Shown piece by piece: positions 48,169 through 62,229 of a stretch of 64,000 nt of DNA (position 1 is its first letter; every line of letters starts with the position of its first letter). The DNA comes from Felis catus (Eukaryota). A program made the translations under genes and the position numbers. The DNA is taken from the NCBI RefSeq assembly GCF_018350175.1, contig NC_058368.1:117678001-117742000 (forward strand). Direction: 5' to 3'. The notes under the pieces are model-generated. The model worked only from the letters and a program-made list of their open reading frames with translations. It had not been told where the DNA came from and made no database searches.

Positions 48169-50042
48169 AAAAGCAAGAATCTTTTTGTCATGAGCATAAT
48201 GACTCCCTTTAGTCACAAGTAGTCAGTGAGTATGTCCAAGTAGGACTGCAGCCCATTCCTCTCTATCCCCAGCAGCAAACACAGGGCCTACAGAAAGAGA
48301 TATGTCATTTAGGGTTCTGGAGTGCAAAGCAGCAGAAACTGAGTGGCTTGGTTTAACAGATATTCCTGGAAAAAAGATTACAATAGCCCCCAGAATCGCA
48401 AAAGTAACTAAGCACTCAGCCCTCCAGGAGGCCGGGAAGACACCAGGCCGTTATAGGCATGTTAGCACCAGCAGTCATGGATCTGCACCCCCCTGGGGCT
48501 CTGCTCCCTTGCTCCGACCTCGTCTCCACCTGAGGGCACCCTGCCCGGCTCCCGGAGCATCCTGCCGCAGCTCAGGGCCTGAGTGCCACTACAGGTGCTG
48601 CCTGTCACTGTAGGTTGGTCTTTGCACGACTCCCGGGGGTTTCTTCATGTTATGGTCATCAGAGGTTTGAATTCTCATTATGACAATTTTCTAGCAAATA
48701 CCAGTAACATGTCTTGAGGAAAAGTGTCTCTGTCTTAAGTCACTCCTGGGGCTGAAAGAGCAAAACTGGGTCTGGGACTGACAGTGAAAATCAGCTTGCA
48801 CTGCCCAAGAATGAAGCCAGGAGGACAGAGAAGATAAAGCCAGCTGGAAAGCCAACAGGAAACACTTTCTCCCAAAGTCACGTGGAAACTATGAAATGTC
48901 ATAAGGACCTCTCTTTGGGTGACCGATGCTTTCTGATCTGTGACAAAGGCCTTCTTTGCCATTCTCATCTGTTACGGAGGACAACCAACTACTCAGCCAC
49001 CCTCATGACACAACAGCTTTCAATCCCCAGTTAACTCTGCTTTTCTCAATCCTGAGTCCTAAAGAGTAACACGAGCAGTCCTGTGGAAGGCCCCACCCAC
49101 CTCACCACATCAAGGCAAGAAATATGATTGCATCACTGCAGGCTCCTTCCTGGTGGCCTCTGGCTGATGAGGCTTGACAGGACTGTCAGGGTCTGGAATA
49201 GAGGACTGTGGTTGGCAGCCCCGCCAGGACCGTGAGATGGAGGGCTGAAGTTCGTCCAAAACAAGGTGGAATGCTGTTATTAGGGAACAGTGAAAGGACT
49301 GGGCTTCCAGACCCAAGACGTCCAAACTCCAAGAGTCTATGCTAACAATCATGCTAATTGTTATTATTGCAGTCGTGTTCTTAGCAAATGTCTTATAAAA
49401 TTATAGATGATAATAACAATGCTTAATGGTGATTGGGCATTTGCTATGTGCCAGGCATTGCTTGTTTACTTAATTCTTGAAGCAACCTATTTTATAAGGT
49501 CTTCTGCCAGTTCTGGGCCATGCCATCTGTGAAGGGAGAGTCATCCAGCATGAAGACGAGAGGTTGCCAACTTCCAGCTCTGGGTGCCACCTCAGTGACT
49601 ACTCTGGCCTAGCAGTGTTCCCTGGATCTCTCTAGATCTTTGTTGGAGATGTATGAAGTTAGAAGTGGGTACTGGCCCAACACGCCCTACTTTAGGTCAG
49701 GACTTGCACTCCACTCTGGCAGCAATAATGGTAATAAACACTCTTAAGTTGCTTTACTACGTACCAGAGACCGTGCTAAGAGTTTTGCATTTATCATTTC
49801 ACTTCATCAGCAGAGCAGCCCTGTGAGCTACATGCTTCTTTATTTGACAGATGAGCAAACTGAGGCCAGGAGAGGTTTCTTGCTAAGGTCACATAGTTGA
49901 TGAATGACAGAACCAAGATTTGAACCTAAGGCTGTTTACAGCTCTGTGCTAAAACCACAAGGCCACATTGCTTGAATGACCTGAGACCATCTGTAAATGC
50001 AGCCTCTGTTTACATTTTTATAATTGTTTATGTAGTTTTTCA

Positions 50043-50076
50043 TATATATATATATATTTTTCATATATATATATTT

Positions 50077-50134
<58 letters not shown>

Positions 50135-50245
50135 TTTTAAGTGTGCTCCACACTGGATGTGGTACTTGAGCTCACAGCCCTAAGATAAGACCTGAGCAGA
50201 GATCAAGAGTTGGACACTTAACTGACTGAGGCACCCAGGTGCCCC
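50043..50245 (-). mobile_element. Short CanSINE with (TA)n-expanded tail
   Basis: (TA)n at 50043-50125, then a T run and the SINE head ending GGTGCCCC. Confidence 0.8.
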
Positions 50246-50953
50246 CATATTTAAATATATTTTTAATAAATTAGTGAAAAGCACTTAGCCCAGGGCCTGG
50301 CATGAGATTCATGAGCCATTATTACAGTTATAATGGGTGTGACCTTGACCAGTATGTAGAATCCTATTCTTACTATAACTTTAGGTTATGATTCTCCCTT
50401 TATCTTCATTGCTCAGTGATGATCAGTTTGCATGGCTCTTAGATGCTTTCCATCTCTCCCCCAAATGCCATCTGCCAAATTTTTCCCTCACATTCTTTAT
50501 GCGGCAAAGACTTAGGGGCAAGTGCTTAAAAATTAAAAGCATCTCTAAGCAAATTTTTTTAAGAAGGAAAAAATGCTGTTGTCATGGGGTAAATAAGTGA
50601 TCGGCCCCTAATTTTTCTGTTTGCAATCTCAGGAATCTGGGATCTGGGGAGAGAAAGGGGATGTGGAGACCATGATGGCTGTCCCATAGACTGGGGAAAG
50701 CCCAGGGTTGTCTCTGCTGCTGAAAGTAGCCAGAAGAGCTCAAAGAACAGGTTCTGACCATTGACGTCACTGTCACAGTGGGCAGCTCGGCCAAAAGGTA
50801 GGTTCCTGGGCCCCATCTCAGGCACACGGGGGCCATATCTCTGGAGATGGTGCCCATGAACCTGCATTTAGCATGTTTTCTGGTGAAGAGCTATAGTCTA
50901 ATTCTAATATCAAGAACAAAGAGACTGGGGTAAGGCTGGGGTCACTGTCAGAG

Positions 50954-51260
50954 TGTAGCAGGATTCTCACACAGAGTCTTGACACTGAGTCTTTTCTGTC
51001 CAGGAAGCAACTTTATTTGGGCCGGCACTGCTCAGTTGGGTTTGTACCCAAAGAACTGAGCCCGGAATGTCATGTGGTGTAGTTTTTTATATACTTGCTA
51101 CTTCTTTGTCTCCCATGTATAGTAACACACAAACATGTAGTCTGATTAAGTGGTCTCACGTTACAAGGTCATGAGGGATGTTGTCACATAAGCATATAGC
51201 CAGGTTGCCTTGAGGTTTGTTTTTTCTTTTTTCTTTCCTTAAGGAGGGGGACCTACCACA
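50954..51260 (-). mobile_element. Solo ERV LTR (307 bp)
   Basis: TGT...ACA termini, 4-bp TSD AGAG (50950-50953 / 51261-51264). On the minus strand, TATATAAAAAA (51083-51093) precedes AATAAA (51012-51017). Confidence 0.75.
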
Positions 51261-52289
51261 AGAGGAGCAACTATTTTTATTTTTATTTTTATTTTAGTTT
51301 ATTTTTTGAGGCAGGGTGGAGGGGTAGAGGGAGAGGGAGAGAAAGAATCCCAAGTAGGCTCTGAGCTAACGGTACAGATGTGGGACTCAAACTCATGAAC
51401 CATGAGATCATGACCTGGACTGAAATCAAGAGTTGGATGCTTAACCAACTGAGCCACCCAGGCACCACAAGGAGCAATTATGTTTAAAAAATGCTTTGTG
51501 GATGGCCATCTTTTTAGATGCTTTTTTTCTTTTTCTTTCTTTCTTTTTTTTTTAAAGTAATCTCTGCACTCAGTGTGGGGCTCAAACTTACAACCCCAAG
51601 GTCAAGAGTCACATGCTCTACCAACTGAGGCAGCCAGGCACCCCCTAGGGGTCTTCTGTTCTGCATTTACATGTCTTCCTTGCAACATCTTTTCATCATG
51701 GCCTCACTTGACTTTCTAACATCAATTTAATTATTACATTAGTGCTCTAAGGGTCCACCTCTGGAGAATGCAATGGGGGAGCCATCACTGTCCCTCCTCC
51801 TTCCACCAGACATGATTCTGCTCACAGAGGCTGATTGCATAGGACCTACCCTCCTTCCAGGCCCCTCACCCTTTTTCTTATTTCTTTTGGTCTTTGCTGC
51901 TACTTTTTCATCATAGGGGAGGGAGAGAGAATGCTCCTAGAATGTGAAAGACCCATTTCCCTTGTGAAATTCAAAGACGAAATTCACGTGAATCAGTTTT
52001 CCTTTGGATTTGAGGTGCTGTTATTTTGGAACTAATTTAGCATGCCCTGGATTGAGAGAATTGGAGCCTGTTTATTTATCTCTTTGGCTGACCTTCCCTC
52101 CCTTCTTTCTGCTTTTGTTTTCTTTTCTCCAGCTGCTGTTGCAAGTTTCATTTATCGGTCTGGCTTGCTTTGGGGTGCCAAGAGAGGAGGCTGGGCATGA
52201 GTCTGTGCCTGGCTGGAGGATTAAGAGGAGGCTCTAGGAGCATTGTAGGAAGAAAGGAATAAATGCATGTAAAACACCTTGCTACAACT

Positions 52290-53130
52290 TGGTTACAACA
52301 ACAAAAACAAACAATCCCAACTGGAAAATGGGCAAAGGATTTGCATATACATGTCTCCAAGGAACATATGCAAAAGGCCAATAAGCCCATGAAAAGATAC
52401 TCAACATCACTAACCAGTAGGGAAATGCAAATTGAAACCACAATGAGGTACCACTTCATACCCATGGGATGTTATTTTAAGAAAAGGAAAATAAGAAGTG
52501 TTGATGAAGATGTGGAGAAATTGGAACTATTGTGCACTGCTGGTGGGAATGGAAAACAGTATGGTAGTTCCTCCAAATTAAAAATGGAATTGCCATATGA
52601 ACCAGCAATCCTACTTGTGGGCATATACCCAAAAGCATTGAGAGCAGGGACTCGAAAAGACACTTGTACACCTTCATTCATAGCAGTATTATCCACAATG
52701 GTCAGGAGGTGGAAACTATCCAGGTGTCCACTGACAGATGAATGGTTAAACAAAATGAGGTATGTACGCACAGTGGAATGTTATTCAGCCTTTAAAAGGA
52801 AGGAAATTCTGACACATGCTATGATATGGATGAATCTTGAGGACACTATACTAAGTGAAATAAGCCAGTAACAGAAGGATAAATGTTATATGATTGCATT
52901 TATATTAGGTACTTAGGATAGTCAAATTCAGAGACAGAAAGTCGAACGGTGGTTGCCAGGGACGGGAGGCAATGGGGAAGGGAGTTTCAGTTTGGGAAAA
53001 TGGAAAAAATTCTGGAGATGGCTGGTGGTGACATTTGCATACCAGTGTCAATGTACTTAGTGCCACTGAACTGTATAGTTAAAAATGGTTAAAATAGTAA
53101 ATTTTATTTTATGTATATTTTACTACAGTA
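52290..53130 (+). mobile_element. L1MB-like 3' fragment (ORF2 C-terminus plus 3' UTR)
   Basis: ORF 52263-52871 reads [36 protein letters not shown]..., ELPYEPAI.L.GIYP, the L1 ORF2p C-terminal domain. A tail at about 53130. Confidence 0.88.
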
Positions 53131-53291
53131 AAAAAAAAAGGGGGGGCAATAAAGGTACCTACTTCAGGGATTGTAAATAATAGCCAGTATTAATTGAGCC
53201 TGTGCTATCTGCTGGGTGCTGCTCTAAGAACTTTACATGTGTGTTTCATGTAATCCTCACACAGACGTTTAAGGCAAATCTTTTTCTTTCT

Positions 53292-53322
<31 letters not shown>

Positions 53323-54589
53323 GGTCATTTCATGGATTTAGAGACTGAGGCTCAAGGAGCTAATAATGATCAATCATCCGCTGAAAAGCAGAGACAGGTT
53401 TGAAACACAGATCTGGTCCAAGTGAAGCCTCTGCTGTAACTTCTTAGGGTAGGAACTTGGCCTTGGCACTGCCATTTCCCCGGTGTACCTAGAATAGCAC
53501 CTGGCGCGTAGTAGTTTCTCAATAAAACACGTTGGCTGAATGAGTAGCTCCAGAGCCTGTGCTTGCAACCTGTCTGCCAAATGGGATAGTGCATGGACAG
53601 CACTCAGCACAGTGCCTGGCACACTGTAAATGGACAATGAATAGAAACAAATTTGCACGACTGTTATGGGCTCTTCCATATGGCGGGGAGCTCGGAGGAG
53701 GGATATAAAATTCATCCCCCAAATCTGTCCTGTGGACCAGACTGGGGCTGTGAAGGTGGCTGGTTCTTTCCTCAGCCCACTCCTTCCTTCTTGGCTTCCT
53801 TCTGCCTTTTTTACACTTTTGTTCTCCTCTGCTCCCAATTGGACTGAGCTTCTTTAAGAACAAGGTGGTGACATCTTTGTGTTCCTTTAGCGGCTCCTCC
53901 ACACAGGGCTTTAGACTCAAAGGGCATGGAGAAATAGAGCGGAAAACCCTGTGCACTTTCTGAATTGGAGGTGGGCAGCCTTCTCCAGTGGATGCTGAGG
54001 GCCCTTGAGGAACTCAATGCCAGTTAAAACCCCTACTTCTTTGCTTCCTCGAAAGACCCTGCAGGTTGGCCCTGATATACAAAGCTAGTTCTTTCCCAGT
54101 TGGGAAGCATTCTGGTCAGAACCAGGAAAAAAGATCAGAAAGAAAAGGCTTTCAGAATATTGATAGGAAAAGACAAATTCCCAAAATCGATGTACTAACA
54201 GACTTAAAAAAGGGAGCAACCACTCAAAGTTAGGGTACTGCTCTTTGTTTTTGCTCACTAATTCAGTATTTACGGATGTGCGCTTCCCCTGACTTTGCTC
54301 TCTGTCAGACCTTCAGCTATGGATCAGTCCTGCAAGCAGTCGTTTTGTCTGAGGGCTCCCGGACAAACAGGAAGTGCCATGTCTAGAGATCTGCTGATCT
54401 GGAAAATGCATGGCTCTGGGCTTTGGTTGGGTGAGGAGTCGGGGCCTTGTCCTTTGCCCCAGGAGAACAAAGAATTTCTATCATGACTACAACATAAACC
54501 CCTCTGGAGAAACCTGCCCCGGGGTGTTTTCTCTGAGGCCTGGGTTTGCCTAGAAAATTGCCTTTGACTTCCACCCAGGCAGTTGTGGG

Positions 54590-56093
54590 TTTTGTTTTTG
54601 TTTTTTAATGTTTATTTATTTTTTGAGAGAGACAGAGCATGAGCAGGGGAGGGGAAGGGCAGAGAGAGAGAGGGGGAGTCACAGAATCCAAAGCAAGCTC
54701 CAGGCTCTGAGCTCTCAGCACAGAGCCCTATATTGAGCTTGAACCCACAAACGGTTGAGATCATGACCTGAGCCGAAGTTGGATGCTTAACCGACTGAGC
54801 CAGCCAGGCAGCCCCCAACTAGGCAGTTTCTGATGCCTCTTACAGACATTCTGAACAAATTGTTCATCTTTTTTTTTCTACTTGATTCATCCACATGGAC
54901 CAGTCCCTTAAATACCTCTGCCTCTCCCACCCCAAAAAGCCTGGGTATCCAGTATCATTTCATGAAGGGAGGATTGTATATAAAGCACTGTTTTCTAAAA
55001 TTCAAAGATTGCATACCACTTCGTTAGTTTTTTGGTTGCTATTATCCATGTACTGTCTGTGTTATTACTTAATATTTTTTAGTCAATTTTTAAACTTTAG
55101 CATTATTCTAATCAGTTGTTATCTATGAAATCATAGATTTCATATTCCATTATATACACATGTACTTATATACACACAATTTTTTTAAAGATTTTATTTT
55201 TAAGTAACTTCTGCATCCACTGTGGGACTTGAACCCACAACCCCAAGATCAAGAGTTAGAGGCTCCACCGACAAAGTCAAGCAGGAGCCCCTACACACAC
55301 AATTTTAAATAAGTACATAACTAGTGAGAAAAATGTTACAGAAACCATCAGGTATATTTACTCTACCTCAGGAGCACAGGCCTAAGTTATGGTGTTCCAA
55401 GTAAAACTCTGGAGGTAGATTCTGTCAGGCTTGAGTAGAACCAATGTCAGCCATGGCTATGGGGACCTTCCTGGCCAGTGGTTTGGGATCTTTCCTGGCC
55501 ATCTTCTATGTGAGTCCCAGAGCATGCTCTTCAACTCCGGGGGGCAAACCCAGCAAGAAGGCACTCTGTTTATGAGAATCATCCCACACTCCTATTAACA
55601 TTGGAGCCTTCTCCACAAGTTTCTGTTTTTCCTTCTATTACCCTGCTGGTTTCACCCTGCTCCACCACACCGTAGATCTAGCCTGTGCAGTGCAGACAAG
55701 TCAGCTGACTTGCAAGGTTGCCCTTAGAACTCTGACTGGTATCCTCAGTTCCAGAGAGGGCTGGTCAACTGAGCTAGGCAGCCGTAGGCTGCTTCTCTTG
55801 GCTCGAAGTGTCTCTTAAACCCTCTTTTTTTTAAAGGTTTATTTAAAAATGTATTTGTTTATGTTACTGAAGTATAACTTTTAACATTTTTTTAAATGTT
55901 TATTTTTGAGAGAGAGAGAGACAGAGCATGAGTGGGGGAGGAGCAGACAGAGAGGGAGACACAGAATCCGAAGCAGGGTCCAGGCTCTGAGCTGTTAGCA
56001 CAGAGCCCAGTGCAGGGCTCAAACCCACGAATCAGGAGATCATGACCTGAGCTGAAGTCAGACGCTTAACTGACTGAGCCAGCCAGGCGCCCC
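54590..56093 (-). mobile_element. Three minus-strand CanSINEs (~54590-54816, ~55180-55291, 55883-56093)
   Basis: Standard bodies. The last is flanked by TGAAGT....CTTTT direct repeats. Confidence 0.82.
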
Positions 56094-56180
56094 TGAAGTG
56101 TCACTTTTATATCTTAAATGTACAGTATCATGAATTTTTATTAAGTATATACCTATGAAACTACAACTCAAATCAAGGTA

Positions 56181-56676
56181 CAGTCCTGTGGCTTTTGATA
56201 TGGTAGCTACCAGCCATGTGTGGCTATTGAGCAGTTGAAGCATGGCTAGTTAGAATTGAGATGTGCTGTAGGTATAAAATACACTTTCAACAACTTAGTA
56301 CAAAAAAACGAATATATATCATTGATAATTTTTAGTGATTAAATGTCCAAATGACAATATTTTGGATACTAAATAAAAATATATCCTTAAAATTAAACTT
56401 CACTGGTTTCTGGGGGCACCTGGGCGGCTCAGTTGGTTGAGTGTCTGACTCTTGATTTTGGCTCAGGTCATGACCCCAGGGTCGTGGGATTGAACCCCAC
56501 CTCGGGCTCTGTGCTGGGTGTGGAGCCTACTTAAGATTCTCTCTCTCTCCCTCTGCCCCTCTCCCCGGCTCACACTCTCTCTCTGAAATAAAAAATAAAA
56601 AATAAATAAATATGGCTACTAGAAAATGTTAAATTGCATATACAGCTTGCATTATATGTTTTTTGGACAGTGCTGG
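56181..56676. mobile_element. MER33-like hAT-Charlie element split by a CanSINE (~56412-56610, +)
   Basis: CTACCAGCCATGTGTGGCTATTGAGCA...AATTGAGATGTGCTGTA...TGGCTACTAGAAAAT...TTGGACAGTGCTG. Confidence 0.65.
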
Positions 56677-58794
56677 TATAGAACATTCCCAGCATCCCAG
56701 AAGGCTCCCTCATGTTCCTTTCCCATCAATACCCCCCCAGGTAACCCTTATCCTGATCTCTATCATAGCTTCATTTGGCCTGTCTTGGCCTTCATGTAAA
56801 TAGAATAATGTGTGTACACAGATCAATGTTAGATCTGTGAAGTTCATTCATGTTCTACCATGTTGTAGAGGCTTATTTTTTCAGTATTCTGTAGTACTCT
56901 GTGGTATTAGTAGGCAACAGTTTATTTCACCCAGTCTATTGCTGCTGAACACTAGTGTTTTCCCAGATTTGGGTTGTTGTTAGTAAAGTTATTGTTAATA
57001 AGCTGTAATGATTTTGTGTGTGTACTTGGTGTACATAAACAGACACTTCTATTGGTATAAACCCAGGAAAGGAATGGCTGGGTCATGGGGTAGATGCATG
57101 TTTTGCTGTAGTAATATCCTGTGACATTTTTTCAAAGTGGTTGTTAGACTTTGCACTCCTGTCAGCTGTGGATGAGAGTTTGGGTAGTCCTATATCCTCA
57201 TTGGCGCTTGGTCTTGCCAGTCCTTTTGCTTTTAGCTGGTCTATTAGAGAGGCAGTCAGATTTTGAATTGAGAATAATTCTTACAATTTTCTTCTCTTTA
57301 CAAGGTGACAGACACCCACCTAGAGGATGTGTAGAACACATACACAGGCAAAATGATGACAATAAAAATACCCATCATCTCAAGTCAACTCCTGTTAATC
57401 TTTGATGAATATCCATCCTACATTTATTAGTGTGTATACTGAAAAAAATGACATACTACAGTAATTTTTGCTAACAAAGTACAATGCCCATCTTTACATG
57501 CCCATGAACATTCATCTACAGGGCAGTTTTTAAAAGCTAAATGGTATTCCATTTTATGGATGTGCCATAATCTATCAGTACCCTTAGTCTTGAGCGTTTA
57601 GGCTATTAGCAATTTTTCACTCTTATACACGGTGTTGTAATGAGCACCCTTGCCATTAAATCTTTGTTCTTGTCTTTAAATTTTTTCCAACAGTGGAGTT
57701 GCTTGTTAAAAAGGCTTGTATGCATGTTTTGAAGGCTGCCCGTCTGTCTCTCTGAGCGGCTTCGTCCCCAGTCTTGACAGCAAAACCCTATCTCTTTTCA
57801 GTGAATGCCATTTTGAAGGCAAGAGGGCAAGAAAATATTCTCTAGAACGCAGAGTTGCTCCTTCCTAGATCTGATGCGCAAGAGGCACTGGTTCTCTAAG
57901 AATGCTAGGTCAGCTATTAATGCAGAAACTCAGGCAGGTCATGTGCCTGGGGCAGAGAGGGAGCTGCTGGGTTTTTTAAGGAAGCGATATCTGGACCAAG
58001 GAAGGGGAATGTGTTATCTGTGAGAAGGTAAGTGCTAACTAGGTGAGACAGAGAGACAAAAGGGGGTCTCTTAGGTGAGGTCTATAAAAAGGGTTTGGGG
58101 AATAACAGAGCATTGCGTCTTGGTTGCTGTTAGGGCTCTAATCCATATCTCCGTGGAGCTCCATGGCTCCATCTAATTAACGGGACGTTTCTCTGTGGGA
58201 GAGATGATAAATGTCTGGAAGCAGATACAAGGACTTGTGTCCCTACCTACTCCTTTGGCTTGCCTTGAGCGCTCTACAGAGAGAGGGACTTATAGAAAGA
58301 AACTGATAGAGCAATTCAAGCTGGACACCCCAAAATTCAGGGCAAAGCAGAGCCACTCAAGGACCCAGGTGGCCTGCTGTAGCTCAGAAGCAATTCCATC
58401 CTCAACCCCCAGGAAACACTCTGCTCCCGGGCCTCTCTTGATGGTTTATGCAGAAGCAATGCTTTTCCAACGGGATTCCTAAGCCACAGTCAGGAAGCAG
58501 TGGTGCTAAAGAGAAAAAAAAAAAAAGGCAAGAAGCTGCCTGGTGACTACAGAGATAGGCTGGTTTGTGTGCTTTTGTGAGGCTCTTCTCAGCACCTCCC
58601 CGACAGACCTGGGGCGCTCTGAGGGAGCAGAGGTTCCCTGTTGCACTTGTGGGGGCTGTGGAATCTGGTAGCTGCCCTGCTCTAGGGTGGATGATCTAAG
58701 AAAGAGCAAGAAGAAAGCTTCATGTCGCTTATGACCTAGCCTCATGACTCACACACCAGCACTTACACCATCCATTATACTTTGTTATGTTTCT

Positions 58795-59560
58795 TTCTTT
58801 CTTTTTTTTTTAATGTTTATTTATTCTTGACAGAAGAGACAGAGACAGAGCATGAGTGGGTGAGGGTCAGAGAGAGAGAGAGACAGACACAGAATCCGAA
58901 GCAGGCTCCAGGCTCTGAGCTGTCAGCACAGAGCCCAGTGTGGGGTTCGAACTCACAAACCGTGAGATCATGATCCGAGCCAAAGTCGGACACTTAGCCG
59001 ACTGAGCCACCCAGGCGCCCCTACTTTATTATGTTTCTAAGACCAGCTGACACTCAAGGGGAGGGGAGTTAAATTCCATCCTTTGAAGAGAAAAGTGGCA
59101 TGGATTTATGCACATATTTTAAAACAACAGCAACCAAGCATGCATCCTCACAGTCTGCACCGCTAGAAAACATTACTGGAAGTGAAGAGAATTACTAGTT
59201 AGTAAGTGTTATTATGATAAGCGATCAGCCATTTGGAAAAAAACAACAAGAAAACAAAAACTTAGATCCCTATCTCACATTTTGCACCAAATTGAATCCC
59301 AGATAATTGAAATAGTTAAGTGTACAAAAGTACCGGAAGAGGGACACCTGGGCGGTTAAGTGCCTGACATCGGCTTAGGTCATGATCTCATGGTTCATGG
59401 GTTTGAGTTCCGTGTCGGGCTCTGTGCTGACAGCTCAGAGCCTGGAGTCTGCTTCAGATTCTGTGTCTCCCTCTCTCTCTCTAACCCCTCCTCTGCTCAT
59501 GCTGTGTCTCTCTGTCTCTCCAAAATAAGTAAACATTAAAAACGAAACAAAACAAATCAA
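58795..59560. mobile_element. Head-to-head CanSINEs 58795-59021(-) and ~59341-59560(+)
   Basis: The first has TSD TACTTT(G/A)TTATGTTTCT. The second is flanked by CAAAAGTAC.GGAAGA. Confidence 0.85.
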
Positions 59561-59707
59561 AAGTACTGGAAGAAAATTTGGATACATTTAAGTAGAATGC
59601 ATATGGGAGTCTGTCTTGTTCAAATTATTGCAAACTCGGGCTTTTAAGGGAAGTTTCAATGGGTTTATAAGAAATGACTTTCTTCGGTTAAAAAAAAATG
59701 AAGTAGA

Positions 59708-59922
59708 GGGGCGCCTGGGTGGCGCAGTCGGTTAAGCGTCCGACTTCAGCCAGGTCACGATCTCGCGGTCCGGGAGTTCGAGCCCCGCGTCAGGCTCTGG
59801 GCTGATGGCTCGGAGCCTGGAGCCTGTTTCCGATTCTGTGTCTCCCTCTCTCTCTGCCCCTCCCCCATTCATGCTCTGTCTCTCTCTGTCCCAAAAATAA
59901 ATAAACGTTGAAAAAAAAATTT
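59708..59922 (+). mobile_element. Young SINEC_Fc-type CanSINE
   Basis: Near-consensus, CpG-rich body. Perfect TSD AAAAAAAAATGAAGTAGA at 59690-59707 and 59923-59940. Confidence 0.93.
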
Positions 59923-61589
59923 AAAAAAAAATGAAGTAGAGAAGGATATTGAATTATGACATCAAAGCTTAGCCAGCACAAAAGAAATAATTAATTGATA
60001 AGATCACATATGACAATTAAACACTGCAGAAGATAAGAACAAGTAAAAGAGAAATGAAAGCTGGGCAGAAATATTTGACACTTACAAGATATACAAGAAT
60101 GAAACTCTTCGCATAAAGAGCTCTTACACATTCATGTGAGGGGGGGAAAAAGATTCTAAAATGTGTCCAGAAGTATGTCTTTTCTCTGAATAGCATGTGT
60201 GCAAGGAGAAGCTTGTGTCCACGGCGTCCGCACTGCCCACAGAGCGTTACACAGGGGTGGGACTCATGTTGGGTGAGTCTGTTGATTGCAGCTCTTCATT
60301 TCAGTTCCCAAAATGCCTGCATATATTTCTTTTCCTCACCCTTCACTTCTCTCTCACTTAAAGAAATCTCATTCAGATACTTCCTGTGCAGTTTGTGACT
60401 CACAGCAAGATTATGGCCCAGGCAGTGCTGATTTCAGCAAGAAATCCTCCCCACAGCATAAATTGGGTCCCTGCGATGCCCAGAGTAAATTGCAACTAGG
60501 AAGTCTGTACGTACATTCAGCACGTCCTTCTTATGCCCTTACTATGAATCTGGAGTACCCCCCACCCCTGCTTTTTTTTATCTGAGTGTGCGCCTAAGGG
60601 AGGGTGCAGACAAGAAGCCTGGTCAAGAAGAAAGGGCATGGCCTGGACATCAGGGTTTGGGGCTAGCTCTCCTGCTTTTCATCTGTGTGACCAGACAGAG
60701 CCCTCCCAATCCTGGGCCTCAGTTGCTCCCAGTGTAAAATGAGTCGGGGGACTAGGTGGTCGCCAGAGTCTTCCAGCTCTAACATTCAAGGATTCAGCTC
60801 GTTTTCTTTTTTTTTTTTTTAACACGTGGGCTCTAATAGGTGTTTAACCTAACTTGAGAAGTTTTGGAAGTCCCTTGAGAGTCCTTTTCAGATTTGGGAA
60901 TCCACTGAGAGTAAAATAGAAAGTGCTTTCAATTACTGAAGTTGTTCCTCCATTTTCTAAAAAAAGATTCCATTCCACTCATTTGGAAAAAGTAAAATTG
61001 CAACAGAGTGAAATGACTAAGGAGGCGGTAGTTAGTTTAGGTGGTGAGTCTCGGAGAAGGTCTCCTTCTTCTGATCCGGCCCCAGATGTGGGTGTGGGAG
61101 CCAGTGGGGGCCACACATTTTAGACTTCATTTTCCTGGACATGCTATTGATACAAGGATGGCATGACTTACATGATGGTGGGCGAGAAGGTCTCCGTCCC
61201 TAAGACTAAACTATCCCCACTGCTGCTAAACTGGGAGGATGTAGGTCTGAGCAGCGGGCAGCCGTCTTTCTCGTACATGGAAAGAACCTGATATGGAATG
61301 AGGCCAAGTGGAGGCGACAGAGATGAGAGGTGGAGAGAGTGTCATGGAAAGAAGACACCAAAGAAACAAGAAACAAGAGGGAGATTCAGGGGGGAGGGGC
61401 AAGAGAGAAAGTGAGGCAACTTCTTCCTGAAGCTGAAACCTTGGTTCCTAGAATTTCCCCTTAAGATTCTGTAGGCTACCTGATTATCTTCCCGGCTACG
61501 TGAGTAAATAAATCCTCTCTTTGCTTCAGATAATTTGAATTTGGAAGTGTCCTGAATAATGTACTAGTGTATCTCCATGAAGCTCTTTT

Positions 61590-62088
61590 TTTTCTTTTTA
61601 CATAATATTTATTGTCAAGTTGGCTAACATACAGTGTATACAGTGTGCTCTTGGTTTTGGGGGTAGATTCCCATGTTTCATTGCTAACATACAACACCCA
61701 GTGCTCATCCCAACAAGTGGCCTCCTCAATGCCCATCACCCATTTTCCCCTCTTCCCTGCTCCCCCCATCAACCCTCAGTTTGTTTTCTGTGTTTAAGAG
61801 TTTCTTATGGTTTGCCTCCCTCCCTCTCTGTTTGTAACTATTTCCCCCCTTCCCCTCCCCCATGGTCTTCTGTTAAGTTTCTCAAGTTCCACATATGAGT
61901 GAAAACATATGATATGTGTCTTTCTCTGACTGACTTATTTCATTTAGCATAATACCCTCCAGTTCCATCCACGTTGCTGCAAACAGCAGGATTTCATTCT
62001 TTGTCATTGCCAAGTAGTATTCCATTATATATATAGACCACATCTTCTTTATCCATTCATCAGTTGATGGACATTTAGGCTCTTTCCA
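61590..62088 (-). mobile_element. Carnivore L1 3' fragment
   Basis: Minus ORF 61882-62133 reads [41 protein letters not shown], followed by 3' UTR and T tract. GAAGCTCT direct repeats flank it. Confidence 0.88.
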
Positions 62089-62229
62089 GGAAGCTCTCTT
62101 AAATTGTAAAGGTGTTATCCAGAGGGATGGCACATGAGACCAGTAATGTAAGTTAGGTTTTCAGATAAGCTATGACTACTACATAGAACAAAAATTTTGA
62201 TAAAGAAGATAAAGCAAGAGTATTGCTAG

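Noticed and set aside
52263..52871. 202-aa ORF, the longest outside the two genes
   Set aside because: It is the C-terminal part of L1 ORF2p in an old truncated copy, not a host gene.
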